Source of the DNA: a virus | Taxonomy: Duplodnaviria > Caudoviricetes | Direction: 5' to 3' (one strand) | DNA: 57,705 nt | Virus record (IMG/VR): IMGVR_UViG_3300042320_001544 | Coordinates: 1 to 57,705 of that record | Part shown: piece after piece, positions 56,401 to 57,705 of the stretch | Layout: the number at the start of each line of letters is the position of its first letter | How positions within the stretch are numbered: the first letter of the stretch is position 1 | Program-made: the position numbers and the translations under genes | The notes under the pieces: model-generated | What the model was told of the DNA's origin: nothing | The model's input: the letters and a program-made list of their open reading frames with translations, nothing else | Databases searched by the model: none

Positions 56401-57705
56401 GATGATCGGCTCGGGCTTTGACTTGTTTCGCTGCTCGTTGCGCGTTGGCCAAGCGGGTTTGCATACGCTCCCGTCCGCTGGCCTGATTGGGCGACAGCAA
56501 AGATTTTGGCAGCGGATTCTTTCGAGCGGGTAACATCGGTTTCGGCTTTGTTGGCGAGCTGCTTGAACGACCCGCCAAGCAGATTTTGCACGGCCGGCAG
56601 CACCTCGTCAATGGGTTTGTCCAGATGGGCGGCGATCTTTTGGGCCACCCTTTTGATGTCCTGGTCAGACGTTAGGCGCTGTTCGGTCGAGGTCAGGGCC
56701 GCGACCCCTGCGACATCGATGCCGGCGGCTTGCAGCATTCTGACAAACGCAATCCAGCTTTCCCCTGTGTTGTGGACATCCTCGGTGACAAAAACCGGCC
56801 GCCCTGTGTTTTTGATTGCCTCGATAATTTCCGTGACCGGGGTGAAATAAACAGGATCGTTTTCCTTGGCCAAAAACGTGCGTTTGTTTTTTGCCTCCAT
56901 TTGCGCGCCTGCGACCCCCGCCGGCCTAACCTCCACCATCTGTCCGTAGTCCTGCGCGATTCGCAAAGCCAATTCATGAGGTAACACATTGTTCCCACTG
57001 GTCGAAGGCACTGGCACCAACAGTGCATTGGCGGGAATATTGGCAAACGCGGCTGGCTTGTAGAAACGGGAAACAATTTGGATCGCTCCCTCCACCCCAT
57101 ACCCCGCTTCACTCCATTGCGTTTTGTCATGCCGCAATTCTTGAACTTGGCTCGATGCAAAAAGAGGCCGGTCAAATTCACTTGTCGTTGTTTGCGCTTT
57201 GGCGCGGGCCTTGGCCTTGGCTTGCTCAACAGGGGAAAGCGGCTCTTGATAAACAATCGAAATGCCTTTCCTCACATAGTTTGGCGGCAGCGGTGCACCC
57301 TTTGCATTGGCGTCGTAGGCTTCAACGGAAACGGGTTGTTTCTCAAACATGCCACCCATGAACCATTGGGCGTATTCATTCGTGAGCGCTTTCGCCTTCG
57401 TTCTAACCAAAAGATCCTTTCTCAATCCTGTGATCAGTTGAGCAGCGACATTTTGGGCAATGATGTGGTGTTGCCACGATTCAATGCCTGGCTCTCCGTT
57501 TTCCTTGGAGATTTCATCGGCCAACTCCAGCGCCAAGGCTTCAATCTCGATAGGGGTTCCCTGGGGTAATACCTTTTGGGCTACCTGCCTACGCCATTGA
57601 CCATAACCTGTGAACTCGCGATCCAGCGGCGGCGGGCCTTCCTCAGCGGTGAGGCTTGTCCAGTCTTTATCAAGGACGGTTTCCCCCATGATGGGTTGGG
57701 CTTCG
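44487..57705 (-). CDS. Giant polyvalent protein, C-terminal 4,364 codons (true start at 9768 across the junction)
   Basis: PRTase-like (LVPVPS...TEDVHNTG), DFGEKLGGARKD, LPD1-type zincin (FGFRGVEFGNW...AHYEP...LAHEFFHALD...ARAFE), RadC JAB (HNHPSG..SPSEAD...DHVI), WYDGAN/SPQKDW/KVRSFYNNI/DTHA domain, YPPMS domain, EEIQSD domain, C-terminal FMDY...FPFIKW region. Confidence 0.95.
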   Translation of the reverse strand, partial: EAQPIMGETVLDKDWTSLTAEEGPPPLDREFTGYGQWRRQVAQKVLPQGTPIEIEALALELADEISKENGEPGIESWQHHIIAQNVAAQLITGLRKDLLVRTKAKALTNEYAQWFMGGMFEKQPVSVEAYDANAKGAPLPPNYVRKGISIVYQEPLSPVEQAKAKARAKAQTTTSEFDRPLFASSQVQELRHDKTQWSEAGYGVEGAIQIVSRFYKPAAFANIPANALLVPVPSTSGNNVLPHELALRIAQDYGQMVEVRPAGVAGAQMEAKNKRTFLAKENDPVYFTPVTEIIEAIKNTGRPVFVTEDVHNTGESWIAFVRMLQAAGIDVAGVAALTSTEQRLTSDQDIKRVAQKIAAHLDKPIDEVLPAVQNLLGGSFKQLANKAETDVTRSKESAAKIFAVAQSGQRTGAYANPLGQRATSSETSQSPSRSSQDPDRGLSQEPAPAAPPVSPVEKAKAKARAKKVKKPTLLDKLEAYFQPGALVEGYGGTDRVISFRSEGGPLGSWGVTVIRVTKDGQPVPSERERVHQTLPSTKKLDAAWAKKQAEAPVQPEAAPEPAEGEPTAVIAEAKALLPEVKRRLGEGLPYSTLRDAIPKAEQSGDVTYLKTRIENVKARLATKDETNAQSEAERDAKAKKLAAEYPSLESIDREIARLTAERTQYTSSKLGGVQSFGGTVDPAGNLTDQILLLERAKGFIATPPAPVSNVEQAKAKARAKVAGSAAAGGLTDFGEKLGGARKDKVPTINADLTDSDIAGKTLSEIWPKSEIDSLEDTRFAALATTLRDSIPTKPQRGYKLNAWVSKIRLIKGLMQDATTLGLDALFNKMRQTSSVFGPLVDKIRMLERIDRAQWGRVGAVRNYPDAYRFENGAKVPSPWADANVDGRSVTAKNLEELTAAVIAKLSAGKPVAKMEFVVYGTPGNFKLTKKGDPFRRALKTFTDQKPDAAFEYRKTNYADLVAAWEQVKDRDNVKETDLRTAENRPRRAQDYRQGKDVTPEDFQTAFGFRGVEFGNWVSQGKNAKERQGMINEAFDAFHDLAGILKVPTQALSLGGQLGMGFGSRGHGWASAHYEPGTIVINLTKTRGAGTLAHEFFHALDHYFGRARGLSIRDNAGVYITNEPETRYVNTKTGGSMSVKRWNEINEGIPSYFTPEDWKRQEGVRPEVEESFAALVKALDASPMTQRARRNDKGKSDYWGSTIERAARAFENYVIHKMQVDGYQNDYLANVVPVEDFVRDAGRYPYLLENEIQPVAQAFDDVFSTLKTRKDGKKVVLYAPEQIKNSDKDQLSASVSLAESAIQGYLDADNVNIPASKQPAAKRAIRSATAARGKAYPLPTAGGISRGLQERVDALRDEAGRSFRGLTSLDTAAIAGAFAKGKTISALLHDFVSQEIPGFNIRGAILKTSADFAAFNLAVRTPHFESVKIAVLGDGSQVIHSQIVHVGSVNESILSIGRLAGILEAARMANPAMQIEGFLIAHNHPSGETSPSEADRRMTRKMVEMAEMLNVPFIDHVITNGEQFFSFREVGMLNQKSETIPSLPSRTTKLPVLPTPAVPQTGNMANWEAVPSSERPVLNQPYELAGYLNALRTADPDHHHLLFLDTRLQLRAVERIPISTAPAAIATLALLGAAREGSNVVALNIYQPSRPTSAAVTPENRHMARIVKEGLSSAGIELVEAMVAYSPSDYFSFRENGLMEESPAFEKSTVSLAEDAPSIDAEQSDFVKAVKDETVAGRTVGTSNATATKGRTGEGTDGDHNVDLDRLRKHNPLAYRKNALLLTRYPLVGRDEPRLAERMRVIDAPLNSAMEALAEAREALKQAKNEATGLIATAKGWKKAQVKAKHLATFLKKNGQTATALEIKRLDKQITGLTKKVEVEKKNLNAAIDSLLKEESAISLEDAEKIYNTYVAAVESNLKTLIEMFPEGIRDFATLWYDGANIIAQHFGKKYKATLEQASAVLAVFSPQKDWFMNVSLAERMMDVWKNHQNSEWTAEMTEQFIMRAAEPQPVMEKDKETGGKKEKLDKNGEVVYQGGAKRIVESDGSVTWTNWDNTKAQANVNRARAQLDRLQWKSKKDGIRNKLSDLKDPQLQSRFIRMFSETYHDVRYQKVTPHGEFVGNMTNEEGVELKIAWGGYNTIEKAIAVMTRSVKVKGRTLTDEHEVISTSLGDQHKVRSFYNNIVDPRNLSGHVTMDTHAVAALLWLPLSGASLEVTQNFGGGGVKNDGAAGIKGMYAANAKAYRMAAVAFNLLPREVQSITWEAVRLLFPATWKAKKANVANVRAVWDSYLKNELTLDEARAAVFRLITISKDHPEGRDLARAIADGTALGKPAWANGMGDRAFVPGQPRRGYDARGLSSGGRADLGSGRDAGESGAGDRGRDASAVVRPTPARDESRDDGRGRGRGRGRIALGAPEAVRRLDKATIEKLDSEPTVTRYRTMALIDGQLYPPMSTFLEGNLRSAEPMGEWMQSEERPDLVIQSGRNAGKFKLKGPNGDDVYAIYAPYFHSSQNPLNAQFAAAYRKPYVTVEIEIPKKDDYQAPLSKRAVGAHPWGKGRIVDLSRYAKIKRIVPDAEVAQLIRDSLPEGVTIPDNVVTPSLRRELEKVGVGIDKTGIVPNLALGAPEPIKPLTRESVFAHRLATAKAEIVADMANGTIPAGVRSFAGLQNHVDANEYVNDAERPDRQIGPLGKQLGWGTQEYVNFTSELINALDKWLKGGRKGEGVRLGAPERVQPVTPAFYSQLAEVVKTKMPARADAKTLKGIITNPQTGIKAEEVKWSAIMPWIESQGDKIEKQAVLDYLASDGAVRLEEVVSMGVTDFYKSLRVEGDGMGTVIVDGSGNVVGRYSSRETAQKDIDNKRVAAPNVGKYSQYQLPGGHNYREVVLAMPVKTEGSGTTVTFADDEAADSFLTDMDAEGFSEMDYGRSEDNEYAIEFDQPITSQVAELIRQNGGTIIGGQSKDAANAFTSRHFPNVPNYVAHMRVNERTDSQGRPGTFIEEIQSDRHQQGRKKGYSEDAPSAETIISTRIVQMPETAGQYAGQWAFQNDEGRFEGIRRTKEEAIAANEKSLRAVRGVRQIGTVPDAPFRATWPLQMFKRALADAVAKGKLWIGWTTGETQVARFDLSQQLDELQYRTDDEGKTYILAGVKDDNYLNVFPSTDPIPKEKLEEYVGKDVAQQIIDGGSSGSITGDGLKVGGKGMVGFYDTILPKEIGKFVKQWGGRVEQSVIPTEGKAKTTQAARDAIRRNDMLGFDNVNQALTEVLADRNFATTWDVDAPDAAILQAWKDSAAKTGIWRVDITPAMRQSIQQQGLALFAPQPVRPSKPAAQHLDGITAEGKARRVQMAKGAETDNKKRPTHGGFSDVLAKYFYGRFDKLDYFVPGIKRVIQKNQFDEGFAVAAINGMMDKVRREVRAAFGDPGYWSSRKKDMEAFLDQVLPVASRLEVAGVADDGSFIFTDFERPVGFLTVLEAQTLNLAAGDMTTQDIEGVPTVLSVGALARDRGGFVLYEWMPADVQAGIYQGFAQRFPTAVGVLDQYLMPGMENVTEVGPGGTVVPTFNRGSLLATFNTWPDTLRNVFGDAPLPMITTLGGWTPDVAVQRNLAQFMGQLLRTFMSDARTTRSGTKIQRGEVRNLIDGFSVTAMESIREKNRLETRRLLINRASVRLDRLPQVQRADMINVDEILTTILLAHIRRLRLVEELKPTKGEPLTPDQAELLRGLVGDAARFWNKEYGIHRNVHKELMAGMAHERTENSLLRAIEWFVDRFNRGVLVSFGTYVTNWASNEILRNIATLNSLNYAILSAVTGQGQAAKLGAYEFSHLVRGMARDRIARTKTRISEVVPEEIVSDSGGLTLFDIDPKASALFDLGNLDPGSAFLKAIGYGNVDTNPKMAMIYRILRARADLEADKQKLKGRARRDWVLTYLKTAHTDQPKAFQDAYDRAMFWFMDYANVPAWIDPNQSQTQLGRITKKALFPFIKWGYNYLRQLYNVTGGALITATSRGASGEQRRRSMANLMTMGALTVIGAAMSGDEGGDDDDPMIGRNYDDEGRDLAGAVRTGDRINASRVVRLVRDYLRRYGIDIGTDGTLTDDLGRVGDLYMKFTKYPYLREAVLLGMAANGDWREMWEHSADMGQDYMQTGILMNLTPVTYKISPYNRDKSFPVVASDALFDLLTAPLIPSRARDTVTKAMDPIRRRLRPIPGLKYDPGIREAIMSNIPGLSQYLPAEGEYQAVGNAPFKVDEWAKARKQQVKADKELPATEQAAMIAEINRRAALIQAATVPEQVALLEQLGIPRGFLDLQKTTVTNWPQDVTDLQKMGVGTESIRQGTQTRNFATSGTSKQFPRLFYPKPQDVARKPGSLSLLGDLTGLNFMPVPQGAMGEAMEGKGKGAMSEFSRLIKRLPKAP
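57579..57705. repeat. 127-bp terminal direct repeat (copy 2)
   Basis: Identical to 1-127. Confidence 0.97.

Noticed and set aside
57579-57705. Biological terminal repeat of the virion DNA
   Set aside because: 127 bp is a common assembler k-mer length and the repeat falls mid-gene; better read as a circular assembly overlap
1-57705. Diversity-generating retroelement, DNA/RNA polymerase, DarB-type helicase-methylase, tape measure protein, or stop-codon recoding
   Set aside because: No reverse transcriptase, polymerase or SF2 helicase motifs recognised; genes tile well under the standard code

Overview
Complete circular genome of a temperate, probably podovirus-like tailed phage. Bases 1-127 are repeated exactly at 57579-57705, so the unit length is 57,578 bp. 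Almost all genes are on the minus strand: early/replication-associated genes, TerS/TerL, small internal-virion genes, a giant gene, SSB, portal, minor virion proteins, lysis genes, two GT8-like glycosyltransferases plus an FkbM methyltransferase, scaffold, major capsid and short-tail proteins. A plus-strand island holds an HTH repressor, an attP carrying the 3' half of tRNA-Lys(CTT), and a tyrosine integrase. Main observations: (1) an array of integron attC-like sites (about 16244-17475) with no integron integrase, delimiting three cassettes whose genes (Lar-like, Mom-like, hypothetical) run antisense to the normal cassette orientation and end inside the neighbouring attC; (2) a single 7,619-aa polyvalent protein spanning the contig junction (9768 down to 1, then 57578 down to 44487, about 40% of the genome), whose N-terminal 3,256 codons the ORF track missed; (3) a recurring GAAYAATTGACNCCNACC motif at gene junctions; (4) a terminase with a second, degenerate nuclease domain; (5) a C5 methyltransferase with a nested M.EcoHK31I-beta-like ORF. 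All family assignments are from motifs recognised by eye; no database searches were run.
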